Assembly (NCBI GenBank): GCA_963708135.1
Contig: OY970192.1
Span: forward strand, 3,680,001 to 3,744,000
Source of the DNA: an uncultured Gemmatimonadales bacterium
GTDB taxonomy: Bacteria > Gemmatimonadota > Gemmatimonadetes > Longimicrobiales > RSA9
Direction: 5' to 3'
Length of the DNA stretch: 64,000 nt
Shown here: positions 46,360 through 57,272 of the stretch, one piece after another
How positions within the stretch are numbered: position 1 is the stretch's first letter
Layout of the letters: every line of letters starts with the position of its first letter
Position numbers and translations under genes: made by a program
The notes under the pieces: generated by a model
Seen by the model: the letters and a program-made list of their open reading frames with translations, nothing else
What the model was told of the DNA's origin: nothing
Database searches by the model: none

Positions 46360-46391
46360 CCCCGCGGAGGCGCGCCGGTCGCTCCACGAGG

Positions 46392-49100
46392 TCAAGCCTG
46401 GCGTGAGCCGTTCGGCGCCGTCTCCGCCACGGGCAGCGTGAAGCTGAACACGCTCCCGGGACCGGGACCGGAATCGACCCAGATGGCGCCGCCGTGGGCG
46501 CGGACGATCTCGCGGGCGATCGCCAGGCCGAGGCCGCTGCCCTCGGAGCCGTCGGCCCGACGCACGCGGACGAAGCGGTCGAAGATACGCGCCTGCTGCT
46601 CGATGGGGATGCCGGCGCCGTCGTCGGCCACGGAGAACTGGACGAATGGGCCGACGGCGTCCGCCGAGACAAGCACGTGGCCGCCGGACCCGGCGAACCG
46701 GATGGCATTGGAGAGGAGGTTCTCGAGGATGGTCTCGGCGCGCTCGGGATCGGCCTCGATGGCGGGCACATCGGCCGGGAGCTCGGCGCCCAGGTCGACG
46801 CCGGCCTGCTGCGCGGCGCTGCGGAAGGTGGCGAGCGCGCGCTCGACGAGCCGACCGGGCGCGACGGCGCGGCGTGCGAGCTCGAGGCGTCCGGCCTCCA
46901 GTCTCGAGAGGTCGAGCAGCTCGTCTACCAGGGAACGCAGGCGGGCGACCTCCTCGGTTGCGCCCTCGAGGAGCCGACCTTCGCGCGCTCCCGCGCCGGC
47001 CCGGTCGCCGTGCCCCTTCAGGTCCTCGAGGCGGGCGGCGAGGGCGGCGATGGGCGCGCGCAGCTCGTGTGAGGCGACGGCGACGAACTCGCTCTGCATC
47101 CGGTCCATCTCCCTCATCTCCTGAACGCGCAGCGCCTCCTCGGCCAGGTGGGCGCTCTCGAGGGAAGCCGCCATCTGGGCCGCGAACGTCTCGAGGAAAT
47201 GGAGCTGCTCGGGGTCGGCGAAGCGGGAGGAATCGCGCGGCCGCACGCCGACCGAGCCCACGGTGGCGCGGGCTCCGCGGAGTGGCAGATAGAGCATCGT
47301 CGCGGAGGGCAGAGTGTCGGTTCCCGCACCCGCGGGCCGAGCGTGGTCGAACACCCATTGCGCCACGGCGCGCTCGGCGTCGGCGGGGATGGTGGCCGCC
47401 GCGGTGTCGCTCCAGGGGGTCAGTCGCCCGGCCTGGTCGGGGAGGAGCACGGCCACGTCGGCATCGAACACGTCGCGGAGGTGGCGAGCGCCGATCCGCA
47501 GGATGTCGTCGGGCTCGGTGGCGTTCACGAGATCGCGGCTCATCTCGAGCAGCGCGGCGGTGCGCTGCTCGCGACGGCGCGAGATGCGCGCCTGATCGCG
47601 GGCGCGGGCAGTGAGCGCGCTGATCACGACGGCGACGACGAGCATCGCGGCAAAGGCGATGAGGTACTGCGTATCGGCGACGGCGAAGGTGAGGTAGGGC
47701 GGCACGCAGAAGAAGTCGAACGCCGCGACCCCCAGGACGGAGGCCAGGATGGACGCTCCCCGCCCGAAGCGCATCGCGACCAGGACGACGGTAAGCAGGT
47801 AGATCATGATCAGGTTGCCCGGATCGAAATGCGGCCGCACGGCGACCGCGGCTACGGTGGCGGCGGCCACGCCGCCGGCCGCCCACAGGTAGTCTCGGGC
47901 GCGCCCCGGCGCCGGTCCGCCTCGCCGGCCCCGCCGTCGTCCGGGCTCCATCTCCTCCGGCTCGCCCGTGATGACGTAGACGTCGATGTCGCCGCTGCCA
48001 CGCACGATCGCGTCGACCATCGAGCCGAAGACGACGTCTCTCCAGCGCGGGTGGGTGGGCTTGCCGACGACGAGCTTGGTGACGTTGTGCGCGCGGGCGT
48101 AGGCCAGGATCTCGGCGGCGGTGCCGGAGCCGGACAGCGTGGCCGTGGTGGCGCCGAGGGTCTCGGCGAGGGCGAGGGTCTCCCAGGCGCGCCGGCGATC
48201 CACCTCGGGCCAGTTGGCCGAAGCAGGAGTTTCGACGAAGATGGCGATCCACTCCGCGCCCAGTCGATCGGCCATCCGCTTGGTGGCGCGGACCAGCCGC
48301 TCCGAGGAGGGCGCGGGGCCGATGCCCACCAGCACGCGCTCGGCGATCGGCCAGGTCTCCGCCACCGCATGGGCCCGGCGGTAGACCTGCATCTGCGCGT
48401 CCACCCGCTGGGCCGTATGGCGCAGGGCGAGCTGGCGCAGGGCGATCAGGTTCCCCGGGCGGAAGAAGTTCTGCAGGGCCCGCTTCGCCTGCTCGGGGAT
48501 GTAGACCTTTCCCTCCTCGAGGCGCTTGAGCAGCTCCTCGGGCGGGATGTCGATCAGCTCGATCTCGTCGGCGCGCTCGAGAACCGCATCGGGCACGGTC
48601 TCGCGCACCTTCACGTGCGTGATCTGCGCGACCACGTCGTTCAGGCTCTCGACGTGCTGCACGTTCACGGTGGTATAAACGTCGATGCCGGCCGCGAGCA
48701 GCTCCTCGACATCCTGCCACCGCTTGGCGTGGCGCGACCCGGGGGCGTTCGTGTGCGCCAGCTCATCCATCAGGATGAGCTCCGGGCGGCGCTCGAGCGC
48801 CCGGTCGAGGTCGAACTCGCCGAGCGTGACCCGACGGTACTGGACCGCCTTGCGCGGGAGCACCTCGATCCCTTCCAGCAGCCGCTCGGTTTCCCAGCGC
48901 CGGTGCGTTTCCACCACGCCCACGACGACATCGACCCCGTCGCGCTTGCGCGCGCGGGCCTCCTCGAGCATCGCGTAGGTCTTTCCCACCCCGGCGGTCG
49001 CGCCGAAGAAGACCTTCAGGCGGCCACGCGCGCCGCCGGCCCCCTCGCCTCGCACCTGAGCCAGGAGCGCATCGGGATCGGGCCGCCCCTCATCCGGCAT
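46392..49100 (-). CDS. kdpD: Sensor histidine kinase KdpD
   Basis: RGRLKVFFGATAGVGKTYAML, DELAHTN, USP domain, four-TM DUF4118 region, GAF, HisKA/HATPase. Confidence 0.95.
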   Translation of the reverse strand: MPDEGRPDPDALLAQVRGEGAGGARGRLKVFFGATAGVGKTYAMLEEARARKRDGVDVVVGVVETHRRWETERLLEGIEVLPRKAVQYRRVTLGEFDLDRALERRPELILMDELAHTNAPGSRHAKRWQDVEELLAAGIDVYTTVNVQHVESLNDVVAQITHVKVRETVPDAVLERADEIELIDIPPEELLKRLEEGKVYIPEQAKRALQNFFRPGNLIALRQLALRHTAQRVDAQMQVYRRAHAVAETWPIAERVLVGIGPAPSSERLVRATKRMADRLGAEWIAIFVETPASANWPEVDRRRAWETLALAETLGATTATLSGSGTAAEILAYARAHNVTKLVVGKPTHPRWRDVVFGSMVDAIVRGSGDIDVYVITGEPEEMEPGRRRGRRGGPAPGRARDYLWAAGGVAAATVAAVAVRPHFDPGNLIMIYLLTVVLVAMRFGRGASILASVLGVAAFDFFCVPPYLTFAVADTQYLIAFAAMLVVAVVISALTARARDQARISRRREQRTAALLEMSRDLVNATEPDDILRIGARHLRDVFDADVAVLLPDQAGRLTPWSDTAAATIPADAERAVAQWVFDHARPAGAGTDTLPSATMLYLPLRGARATVGSVGVRPRDSSRFADPEQLHFLETFAAQMAASLESAHLAEEALRVQEMREMDRMQSEFVAVASHELRAPIAALAARLEDLKGHGDRAGAGAREGRLLEGATEEVARLRSLVDELLDLSRLEAGRLELARRAVAPGRLVERALATFRSAAQQAGVDLGAELPADVPAIEADPERAETILENLLSNAIRFAGSGGHVLVSADAVGPFVQFSVADDGAGIPIEQQARIFDRFVRVRRADGSEGSGLGLAIAREIVRAHGGAIWVDSGPGPGSVFSFTLPVAETAPNGSRQA

Positions 49101-49112
49101 GGGTCCGCGCTT

Positions 49113-49733
49113 TCAGCGGGCGACGCCGGTGGGGCGCGGCGCCGCCCCTGCCGCGGTGGCGGAGACGATGGAGTCCAGCGCGAGGTTCAGCTCGAGCACG
49201 TTCACGCGAGGCTCGCCGAGGAAGGCGAGCGGACGGGGCTGGACGTGGCGGTCGACGAGGGCGCGGACCGTCTCCTCGGGCAGGCTCCGCGCGCGGGCGA
49301 CCCGCCGGACCTGGTACAGGGCCGCAGCTGGCGAGATATCCGGGTCCAGCCCGCTGCCTGACGAGGTCACGAGATCCACGGGCACTGGAAACGCGTTTCC
49401 CGGATCGGCCGCCCGGAGGTCGGCGATCCGCCGCCGCACGGCCGCCATGAGGGCCGGATTCGTGGGCGCGAGGTTCGAGCCGGAGGAGGCGGCGGCGTTG
49501 TATGGGAAGGGAGTCGTCGCCGAAGGCCGGCTCCAGAAGTAGGCGGGGCTCCGGAAGGGCTGACCGATGAGGCGGGAGCCCACCGCGCGGCCGTCCCGCA
49601 CGATGATGCTGCCATTGGCCTCCGCCGGCCAGAGCGCCTGCGCGATCCCGGTCACGACGAGCGGATACGCAAGGCCGGTAAGGACCGTCATTGCCGCGAG
49701 AATGAGGAGCGCGGGCCGCAGCTGTTCACGCAT
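49113..49733 (-). CDS. kdpC: K+-transporting ATPase subunit C
   Basis: GSRLIGQPF, SSGSNL, TSSGSGLDPDIS, VNVLELNLALD. Confidence 0.97.
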   Translation of the reverse strand: MREQLRPALLILAAMTVLTGLAYPLVVTGIAQALWPAEANGSIIVRDGRAVGSRLIGQPFRSPAYFWSRPSATTPFPYNAAASSGSNLAPTNPALMAAVRRRIADLRAADPGNAFPVPVDLVTSSGSGLDPDISPAAALYQVRRVARARSLPEETVRALVDRHVQPRPLAFLGEPRVNVLELNLALDSIVSATAAGAAPRPTGVAR

Positions 49734-49766
49734 CGGGGTGGTCCTTTCCCCGGCCCGCCGGCCGGC

Positions 49767-51893
49767 TCATGCGACGCCTAGCGCGGCGAGCAGGAGATCG
49801 ATCAGCTTGATGCCGACGAACGGCACGATGAGGCCGCCGAGCCCGTAGAGCAGCAGGTTGTCCCGGAGCAGCCGTGCCGCGCCGTGGGGCCGGTACTTCA
49901 CCCCGCGGAGCGCCAGCGGGATCAGGAAGATGATGATCAGGGCGTTGAAGATCACGGCCGAGAGGATGGCGCTCCGCGGCGTGGCGAGGCGCATGACGTT
50001 GAGCGCATCGAGCTGCGGGTAGATCCCCACGAAGGCGGCCGGGATGATGGCAAAGTACTTGGCCACGTCGTTCGAGATGCTGAAGGTGGTGAGCGCGCCG
50101 CGCGTCATGAGGAGCTGCTTGCCGATCTCGACGATCTCGATCAGCTTGGTCGGGTTCGAGTCCAGGTCCACCATGTTGCTCGCCTCCTTGGCGGCCTGGG
50201 TGCCCGCGTTCATGGCCACGGCGACGTCGGCCTGGGCGAGCGCCGGCGCGTCATTGGTTCCGTCGCCCGTCATGGCCACGAGCTGGCCGCCCGTCTGGTA
50301 GCCGCGGATCAGCTCGAGCTTGGCTTCCGGGGTGGCCTCGGCCAGGAAGTCATCCACGCCGGCCTCGGCCGCGATCGCGGCGGCCGTGAGCGGATTGTCC
50401 CCGGTGATCATGACAGTCTTGATCCCCATCTCGCGCAGCTCGGCGAAACGCTCGCGGATCCCGCCCTTCACGATGTCCTTCAGGTAGATCACGCCCAGCG
50501 CCCGGGCGGCGCCGTCCCGCCGCTCCGCCACCACGAGGGGCGTGCCGCCCTCGCGCGCGATACGGTCGACCGCCTCGGTGAGCCCCGGCGGGATCCGGCC
50601 GCCGTTCTCGCGGACCCAGGTGGTGATGGCGTCCACCGCGCCCTTGCGCAGCTCGAAGTCCGGGGCGTTGACGCCGCTCATGCGCGTGGACGCGGAGAAC
50701 GGCACGAATTCCAGGTGGTCCGGGTGGTGCCGCCCGTCGGCCGGTGGGCGCGCTTCGGTGCGGCCGCCCACCTCGCGGCCGCGCAGCCCGTGCTCCTCCT
50801 TGGCCAGGACGACGATGCTGCGGCCCTCCGGCGTTTCGTCGGCCAGCGAGGAGAGCTGGGCGCGGTCGGCCAGGTAGCCGGCATCGACGCCGGGTGCGGG
50901 GACGAACTCCGTCGCCTGCCGGTTGCCGAGCGTGATCGTGCCCGTCTTGTCGAGGAGGAGGACGTTGACATCGCCCGCCGCCTCGACGGCCCTGCCCGAT
51001 GTGGCGATGACGTTGGCCTGGATCATCCGGTCCATCCCCGCAATGCCGATGGCCGAGAGCAGCCCGCCGATCGTCGTCGGGATCAGGCAGACCAGCAGCG
51101 CCACGAGCACGGTGATGCCGATCGGCGTCCCGGCCCCCGCCGCACGCACGCTGAAGATCGAGAACGGCAACAGCGTCGCCACGGCGAGCAGGAAGATGAT
51201 GGTGAGCGCGGCGAGCAGGATGTCGAGGGCGATCTCGTTCGGGGTCTTCTGTCGGGCGGCGCCCTCGACGAGGGCGATCATCTTGTCCAGGAAGCTCTCG
51301 CCCGGATTGGCCGTCACGCGCACGACCAGCCAGTCGGAAAGTACGCGCGTGCCACCCGTGACCGCGCTCCGGTCGCCGCCGCTCTCCCGGATCACCGGCG
51401 CGCTCTCGCCCGTGATGGCGCTCTCGTCCACCGATGCGACGCCCTCGATCACCTCGCCGTCCGCGGGGATCACCTCGCCCGCGCTCACGAGGACGGCGTC
51501 TCCCGTCCGCAGGTCGGGGGCGGCCACCATGCGGACCTCGTCGTGGTTGGCCGGGTCCGACAGCACGCGCGCCTGCGTGAGCGTGCGCGTCGCGCGCAGC
51601 GCATCCGCCTGCGCCTTGCCGCGCCCCTCCGCCATTGCCTCGGCGAAGTTGGCGAACAACAGCGTGAACCAGAGCCAGAGCGTGATGGCGAGGATGAAGC
51701 CCCACGGCGCCTCGCCGTGCCCCAGCAGCGCCTGGAAGAAGAGCAGCGTGGTCAGCACGCTGCCGACCCAGACGGTGAACATCACCGGGTTCCGGATCTG
51801 GTGGCGTGGATCGAGCTTGCGCAGGGCGTCCACGGCCGCACGCCGCGTGATCCGCGGGTCGAAGAGAGACCGACGCTCAACGCGATCCGACAT
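49767..51893 (-). CDS. kdpB: K+-transporting ATPase subunit B
   Basis: TGES, CLIPTT, DKTGT, KGA, GDGTND. Confidence 0.98.
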   Translation of the reverse strand: MSDRVERRSLFDPRITRRAAVDALRKLDPRHQIRNPVMFTVWVGSVLTTLLFFQALLGHGEAPWGFILAITLWLWFTLLFANFAEAMAEGRGKAQADALRATRTLTQARVLSDPANHDEVRMVAAPDLRTGDAVLVSAGEVIPADGEVIEGVASVDESAITGESAPVIRESGGDRSAVTGGTRVLSDWLVVRVTANPGESFLDKMIALVEGAARQKTPNEIALDILLAALTIIFLLAVATLLPFSIFSVRAAGAGTPIGITVLVALLVCLIPTTIGGLLSAIGIAGMDRMIQANVIATSGRAVEAAGDVNVLLLDKTGTITLGNRQATEFVPAPGVDAGYLADRAQLSSLADETPEGRSIVVLAKEEHGLRGREVGGRTEARPPADGRHHPDHLEFVPFSASTRMSGVNAPDFELRKGAVDAITTWVRENGGRIPPGLTEAVDRIAREGGTPLVVAERRDGAARALGVIYLKDIVKGGIRERFAELREMGIKTVMITGDNPLTAAAIAAEAGVDDFLAEATPEAKLELIRGYQTGGQLVAMTGDGTNDAPALAQADVAVAMNAGTQAAKEASNMVDLDSNPTKLIEIVEIGKQLLMTRGALTTFSISNDVAKYFAIIPAAFVGIYPQLDALNVMRLATPRSAILSAVIFNALIIIFLIPLALRGVKYRPHGAARLLRDNLLLYGLGGLIVPFVGIKLIDLLLAALGVA

Positions 51894-51911
51894 GCCTCCC
51901 GCCCTCCGCTC

Positions 51912-53669
51912 TCAGGGGATGCCGGCGCCCGTCAGGCGCAGGTGCTCGGCCACCGGGCCCAACGCGAGGGCGGGAATGAACGTGAGGGCGCCCACCACGA
52001 TCACGACCGCCACCAGCATCACCACGAACAGCGGACCGTGTGTGGGCAGGGTTCCGGCGCTCGGGGGCACCTTCTTCTTCCCCACGAGCGAGCCGGCGAT
52101 CGCCAGCGCCGGGAGCGCCACCCAGTAGCGGGCGAAAAGCATGGCCAGTCCACCGGTCACGTTAACCAGCGGCACGTTCGCGCCGTAACCCGCGAACGCG
52201 CTGCCGTTGTTGTTGCCCATCGAGGAAAACGCGTACAGGATCTGGCTGAGTCCGTGCGGCCCCGGATTCGTCGTGGCCGCGACCCCCGCAGGCGCCACCG
52301 CAGCGATGCCGGCGCCGATCAGCACCGCGGCCGGCGGCACCAGGATGGCGATGGAGGCCATCTTCATCTCGAACGGCTCGATCTTCTTGCCCAGCCATTC
52401 GGGCGTTCGACCCACCATGAGGCCGGCAACGAAGACGGCGACGATGGCGAAGATCAGCATCCCGTAGAGCCCCGAGCCCACACCGCCGTAGACCACCTCA
52501 CCGAGCTGGATCAGCCACATCGGCAGCAGCCCGCCGAGCGGCGTGTAGGAGTCGTGCATCGAGTTCACGGAGCCGTTGGAAGCGGCGGTCGTGGCCGCGG
52601 CCCAGGTGGCCGAGCTGGCGATCCCGAGACGGACCTCCTTCCCCTCCATGTTGCCGCCCGCCTGGAGCGCTCCGGCCTGCTGCGACACGCCGAGCGGGGC
52701 GAGCGCCGGGTTGCCGTGCTGCTCCGCCACGGCCGTGCCAATGAGGAGCGGCACGAAGATGACGGTCATCGCGGCCAGCACGGCCCACCCCTGGCGCGTG
52801 TCGCCGACCATGCGGCCGAAGGTGTGGGTCAGCGCGGCCGGGATCAGCAGGATCGCCAGCATCTCGAAGAAGTTGGAGAGCGGCGTGGGGTTCTCGAACG
52901 GGTGCGCGGAGTTGACGTTGAAGAAGCCGCCGCCGTTGGTGCCGAGCTGCTTGATGGCGACCTGGGAGGAAGCGGGGCCGAGGGCCAGCACCTGTCGCGT
53001 CACGGCGTGCCCGTCGGCGCCGACCGCCGGCTGAAGCAGCTGCACGGTGCGGTAGGGAGCGAACGTCTGGACCACCCCCTGCGAGGTCTGAGCGAGCGCC
53101 AGCACGAGCGAGAGGGGAAGCAGGATGTAGAGCGTGGTCCGGGTGAGGTCCACCCAGAAGTTGCCGATGGTCGTCGCCTCGCGCCGCGAGACGGCACGGA
53201 TGAGCGCGACCAGGATCGCCATTCCCGTGGCCGCCGAGACGAAGTTCTGGACGGTCAGCCCGACCATCTGGGTCAGGTAGCTCAGCGTCGTCTCGCCGCC
53301 GTAGTTCTGCCAGTTGGTGTTGCTGGCGAAGCTGACGGCCACGTTCCAGGCCGAGTTCGGCGCCACGGCGCCAATGTGCTCGGGGTTGAGAGGCAGCCAT
53401 CCCTGCACCCGCTGGAGCAGGTAGACGAGCAGCAGCCCGGCGGCATTGAATACGAGCATGGCCAGCGCGTAGCCGGTCCAGCGCTGCTCGCGTGCCGGAT
53501 CGACTCCGGCGGCGCGGTAGATCAGGCGCTCGAGCCACCGGAAGCCGCGGTCGAGCCCGAAGAGCGGGCGCCCCTCGTAGACGCGGGCCATCCAGGCGCC
53601 GAGCGGCTTCACCAGCACGAGCAGGACGGCCATGTAGACGGCGATCTGGAACCAGCTCACGGCGCTCAC
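51912..53669 (-). CDS. kdpA: K+-transporting ATPase subunit A
   Basis: [36 protein letters not shown]. Confidence 0.98.
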   Translation of the reverse strand: MSAVSWFQIAVYMAVLLVLVKPLGAWMARVYEGRPLFGLDRGFRWLERLIYRAAGVDPAREQRWTGYALAMLVFNAAGLLLVYLLQRVQGWLPLNPEHIGAVAPNSAWNVAVSFASNTNWQNYGGETTLSYLTQMVGLTVQNFVSAATGMAILVALIRAVSRREATTIGNFWVDLTRTTLYILLPLSLVLALAQTSQGVVQTFAPYRTVQLLQPAVGADGHAVTRQVLALGPASSQVAIKQLGTNGGGFFNVNSAHPFENPTPLSNFFEMLAILLIPAALTHTFGRMVGDTRQGWAVLAAMTVIFVPLLIGTAVAEQHGNPALAPLGVSQQAGALQAGGNMEGKEVRLGIASSATWAAATTAASNGSVNSMHDSYTPLGGLLPMWLIQLGEVVYGGVGSGLYGMLIFAIVAVFVAGLMVGRTPEWLGKKIEPFEMKMASIAILVPPAAVLIGAGIAAVAPAGVAATTNPGPHGLSQILYAFSSMGNNNGSAFAGYGANVPLVNVTGGLAMLFARYWVALPALAIAGSLVGKKKVPPSAGTLPTHGPLFVVMLVAVVIVVGALTFIPALALGPVAEHLRLTGAGIP

Positions 53670-53758
53670 GAGAAGCGCTCCGGCCTGAGCAGCGCGATGA
53701 CAAGGTAGACCAGGAGGGCCAGGGCGACGATCGCGCCGATCCAGTACCAGGCCGTCAT
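53666..53758 (-). CDS. kdpF: KdpF, 30 aa (absent from ORF track)
   Basis: [42 protein letters not shown] overlap with kdpA. Confidence 0.93.
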   Translation of the reverse strand: MTAWYWIGAIVALALLVYLVIALLRPERFS

Positions 53759-53771
53759 CAGGATGCCTCCA

Positions 53772-53855
53772 TCACAGCCGCTCGGCCAGGCGCACGAACG
53801 CCCAGGAGAGGGCGAAGAACAGCACCGTCAGGAGAATAAAGATGAGATCCGCCAT
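53772..53855 (-). CDS. 27-aa hydrophobic small protein upstream of kdpF
   Basis: MADLIFILLTVLFFALSWAFVRLAERL; GAGG RBS; stop 13 nt before kdpF start. Confidence 0.75.
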   Translation of the reverse strand: MADLIFILLTVLFFALSWAFVRLAERL

Positions 53856-53879
53856 GCCTCGCTCCGCATTGTCGGCGGT

Positions 53880-54722
53880 TCAGCGCCGCAGCCGCACGGC
53901 GGCTCCCAGGCCGAACAGCCAGTCCTCCGCCGCGGCATCGAGACCCCGATCCACAAAGGCGTCCAGCTGAAGCCGCCGACGCAGCAGCCAGGTCGCTCCG
54001 GCGCCCACATAGGCCGGGTTCTCGCCGCCCGGGGTGGGGTACGCGCCGGCCTCGAGGTAGCCGGAGAGGCGCTGGCTCAGCCACCGTCCGAGTGCCGCCG
54101 CGAGCGCGCCCGTCGTCGTGTGCCCGGCCGTGCCGTCGGGAACGATCGCGATCCCTCCGAGCAGGTTCAAGCCCAGGGCCTGCGGGAGCGCCCACGTGGT
54201 CACGGCGTTCAGCGTATAGCTCGGACGCTGGCCGGCGAAGCGAGCATCCCCGACCGGCAGGACCACGGACGGGATGAGGGCCACGGCGGGCCAGCCCCCG
54301 CTGCCGCCGGCGGCGAGCTTCGCTCCCACCTCGAGGCCCCCGAAGCCGCTCGATTCGGTAGCCGTACCGTCAGAACTCTCGCGGAGGAAGCTGAACAGTG
54401 GCGTCCCGAGGCGCAACTCGGCGCCGCTCACGAGCCCGAAGCGGACCAGCGCCGGAAAGTTCACCAGACAGTCGCGCGCGCCGGCCTCCGTGCGCAGCGA
54501 GAATGCCGGAGCCCCGAGCTCCAGCTGCACCGCGCCGGGGGGAACGGCCAGGCTGCTGAAGCCCAGACCGGGCCGATCGGTCGCGATGGTCTGCTGCGCC
54601 CGCGCGCCCGGTATCGCCAACCAGAGGAGCGCGCCCGCCAGCACCACCGCGCCCGGCGGGCGAGGCCGCCGGCGCACCCGCCGGATTCCGAGCACCTCAC
54701 GAGCCCGCCCGTTCCCGATCAT
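53880..54722 (-). CDS. Outer-membrane beta-barrel channel (SphA/phenol-MetA-deg 'transporter'-like)
   Basis: Signal peptide; IATDRPG, VPPGAVQLE, LVRFGL, LQLDAF; start uncertain. Confidence 0.75.
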   Translation of the reverse strand: MIGNGRAREVLGIRRVRRRPRPPGAVVLAGALLWLAIPGARAQQTIATDRPGLGFSSLAVPPGAVQLELGAPAFSLRTEAGARDCLVNFPALVRFGLVSGAELRLGTPLFSFLRESSDGTATESSGFGGLEVGAKLAAGGSGGWPAVALIPSVVLPVGDARFAGQRPSYTLNAVTTWALPQALGLNLLGGIAIVPDGTAGHTTTGALAAALGRWLSQRLSGYLEAGAYPTPGGENPAYVGAGATWLLRRRLQLDAFVDRGLDAAAEDWLFGLGAAVRLRR

Positions 54723-54897
54723 CGCACCTCCGCACCGCACTCCCGAGACGGCGGCGCTTCGGCCGTCCGCGTCCGCCTCCCCGCCCGACCGGGGACGGAT
54801 CGGCATCCCGGCCTGCAGCCGGCCTCAAACGTTCCGGCTTGAGAATGGCCGCCGGAGGCGTGCCCTCACAAGCGCAAGGGCGTGGCGTCCGGGCGCT

Positions 54898-54916
54898 TCT
54901 TTGTCCACTCTTTGTG
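54898..54916 (+). promoter_or_regulatory. Putative KdpE (OmpR-type) direct-repeat site
   Basis: TCTTTGT repeated at 11-bp spacing in the divergent kdp/kdpE region. Confidence 0.5.
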
Positions 54917-54980
54917 GCGCCGCGTTGTGGCCGGCCGGTTGCCCCGTGCGCCGCGGGTTGGGCCGACTTAGCTTTGACCC

Positions 54981-55673
54981 ATGACTCCGAACCTCGCCCT
55001 CGTCATCGATGACGAGCCGCAGATCCGGCGCGCGGTGGCGCACGCGCTGGGCGGCGAGTTCGAGCGCGTGCTGGAGGCGGCCACGGCGGAGGAGGGGATC
55101 GCGCAGACGGCGGCGGCGCGGCCGGCGCTCGTGATCCTAGACCTGGCGCTGCCGGACCGGGACGGCGCGGCGGTGTGCCGGGAGATCCGCTCGTGGTCCA
55201 CGGTGCCGATCATCGTGCTCTCGGCCCGGCACTCGGAGCGGGAGAAGGTGGCGCTCCTCGACGCGGGCGCGGACGACTACATCACCAAGCCGTTCGGCAC
55301 CCTGGAGCTGCAGGCGCGGGTGCGCGCGCAGCTGCGTCGGGCGCGAGCCGCCGAGCCGGGTGACGAGGGAGTGGTCGACATCGGCGAGCTGCGCATCGAT
55401 CTCGTGGGCCGCACGCTGACCCGCGCCGGCGAGGACGTGCACCTGACACCCACCGAGTGGGCCCTGCTCAGGACGTTCATCCGCCACGCCGGGAAGACGC
55501 TCACGCACCGGCAGCTCTTCCGCGAGGTCTGGCCGAACTCCGCCGGCGACCCGCAGCAGTACCTTCGCGTGTACGTGGCCAACCTGCGGCGCAAGATCGA
55601 GCGCGACCCGGTGCGGCCCGCGCTCATCCACACGGAGCCCGGTGTCGGCTACCGGTTCACCGCGCTCGACTGA
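54981..55673 (+). CDS. kdpE: Response regulator KdpE
   Basis: LDLALPDRDG, KVALLDAGADDYITKPF, HLTPTEW, YLRVYVANLRRKIE, TEPGVGYRF. Confidence 0.93.
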   Translation: MTPNLALVIDDEPQIRRAVAHALGGEFERVLEAATAEEGIAQTAAARPALVILDLALPDRDGAAVCREIRSWSTVPIIVLSARHSEREKVALLDAGADDYITKPFGTLELQARVRAQLRRARAAEPGDEGVVDIGELRIDLVGRTLTRAGEDVHLTPTEWALLRTFIRHAGKTLTHRQLFREVWPNSAGDPQQYLRVYVANLRRKIERDPVRPALIHTEPGVGYRFTALD

Positions 55674-55719
55674 GCCAGGCGCGACCGCACCGGGCCAGCC
55701 GGGCGCCACCGCGCCGGCT

Positions 55720-57261
55720 TTGAGCCAGCCCGGCGCGATCGGGGGGCTGCCGTGGCTCCTGCTGGTCGCGGCGGCCACGGCGCTGCTGGTGGCCGCCCGC
55801 GCACAGCTGCAGGCGGCGCACGCGGCGCTGATCTACCTGCTCATCGTGCTGGGGGGCAGCTCCCGGCTGGGACGGGCGTGGGGCGTGGCGCTGGCCGTGC
55901 TCTGCTTCCTCACCTTCAACTTCTTCCTGCTCCCACCGTACTACACGTTCGCCATCCGCGACCCGCTGGACTGGCTGGTCCTGGTCGCGTTCCTGGCGAC
56001 CGGCGTCACGGCGGCGCACCTGCTCGACCGGGCGCAGCGGGAGGCACGCGCCGCGCGCGAGCGCGCGGGCGAGGTGGACCGGCTCTCGGTGGTCGGGGCC
56101 GAGGCGCTGAACGCGGGGCGGGCGGAGGACGGCGTGGCGGCGATCGCGCGCGTGCTGCGCGAGCGGCTGGCGCTCGGCTGCTGCGAGATCTACCAGCGCA
56201 CGGAAGGCGACGCGGGACTCCGCCGCGTCGCCCGCGACGCCGCCCCCGACTACGACGAGTACTCGGAGGCCGCGCGCGAGAACGCGGTCGCGCGGGCGGC
56301 CCGCGGAAGCGGCGTCGCCGAAGGCGGCGGCGGCGAGGCGCGCGAGATCCCCGGGGCGCCCGGGCGGGTGCTGGCGTACGAGGGTGAGGCCCGCGCCCTG
56401 GCGCTCCCGCTGCGCGTGCGGGAGCGCACGGTGGGCGTGCTGCGACTCGCCAGCGAACGGCCGATCCGCCTGGACGAGCCGGCCCGGCGGTTCGCCGAAG
56501 CGCTCGCTTACTACGCCGCACTGGGCGTGGAGCGCGTGCGGCTCGTGGCGGAGGCGGAGCACGCCGAAGCCCTGCGCGAGGCCGACCGGCTGAAGGATGC
56601 GCTGCTCGCCTCGGTGTCCCACGACCTGCGCACGCCGCTCACTACCATCAAGGCGCTGGCCCATGAGATCGGCGAGGGCGGCGACACGCGCGCCGGCGTT
56701 CTCGAGGCCGAGGCCGACCGGCTGAACCGCTTCGTCTCCGACCTGCTCGACCTCTCCCGCATGAACAGCGGCGCGCTCCCCGTGGCGCCGGAGCTCGTCC
56801 CCGCGGAGGACCTCGTGGGTGCGGCGCTCGACCAGATCCGAAGCACGGCCGGGCCTCACGAGATCGCCGTCCGGCAGCCGGACGGGGGGCGCCTGCTCGT
56901 CGGCCGCTTCGACTTCGTGCTCGCTCTTCGCGCCCTCGTCAACCTCATCGAGAACGCATGCAAGTACGGCGGGGCGGCGCCCGTCGAGGTCGAGGTCGCA
57001 GGCGACGGCACCCGCCTCACCTTCACCGTGGCCGACCGCGGCCCCGGCGTACCGGAGGCCGATCGGGAGCGTATCTTCGAGCCATTCTACCGCGGCGCAG
57101 GCACCGCGGGCAGCCGCGGGACGGGCCTCGGCCTGAGCATCGCGCGGCGGCTGGCTGAAGCGCAGGGCGGCGGCGTCCGCCACGAACCCCGCCCCGGCGG
57201 CGGGAGCCGGTTCGTGCTCACCCTCCCGGCAGTGGCCGGCGTCGAGCTGGAGCCCGGCTGA
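55720..57261 (+). CDS. Second KdpD-like histidine kinase (DUF4118-GAF-HisKA-HATPase) lacking KdpD/USP input domains
   Basis: FNFFLLPPYYTFAI, ALLASVSHDLRTPL, GTGLGL; start uncertain (TTG 55720). Confidence 0.88.
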   Translation: MSQPGAIGGLPWLLLVAAATALLVAARAQLQAAHAALIYLLIVLGGSSRLGRAWGVALAVLCFLTFNFFLLPPYYTFAIRDPLDWLVLVAFLATGVTAAHLLDRAQREARAARERAGEVDRLSVVGAEALNAGRAEDGVAAIARVLRERLALGCCEIYQRTEGDAGLRRVARDAAPDYDEYSEAARENAVARAARGSGVAEGGGGEAREIPGAPGRVLAYEGEARALALPLRVRERTVGVLRLASERPIRLDEPARRFAEALAYYAALGVERVRLVAEAEHAEALREADRLKDALLASVSHDLRTPLTTIKALAHEIGEGGDTRAGVLEAEADRLNRFVSDLLDLSRMNSGALPVAPELVPAEDLVGAALDQIRSTAGPHEIAVRQPDGGRLLVGRFDFVLALRALVNLIENACKYGGAAPVEVEVAGDGTRLTFTVADRGPGVPEADRERIFEPFYRGAGTAGSRGTGLGLSIARRLAEAQGGGVRHEPRPGGGSRFVLTLPAVAGVELEPG

Positions 57262-57272
57262 GAGACGCTGCT

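Noticed and set aside
46030..46390. Cobalamin or other riboswitch upstream of the TonB receptor
   Set aside because: No B12-box or other conserved aptamer motif recognised
49884..53708. 1274-aa ORF and other long antisense ORFs (e.g. 33147-36041, 37353-40421, 43156-45873)
   Set aside because: Shadow frames of real genes caused by high-GC codon bias; Arg/Gly/Pro-rich with no motifs
54723..54980. c-di-AMP (ydaO) riboswitch before kdp or the KimA-like gene
   Set aside because: Consensus elements not found here or in 57262-57380
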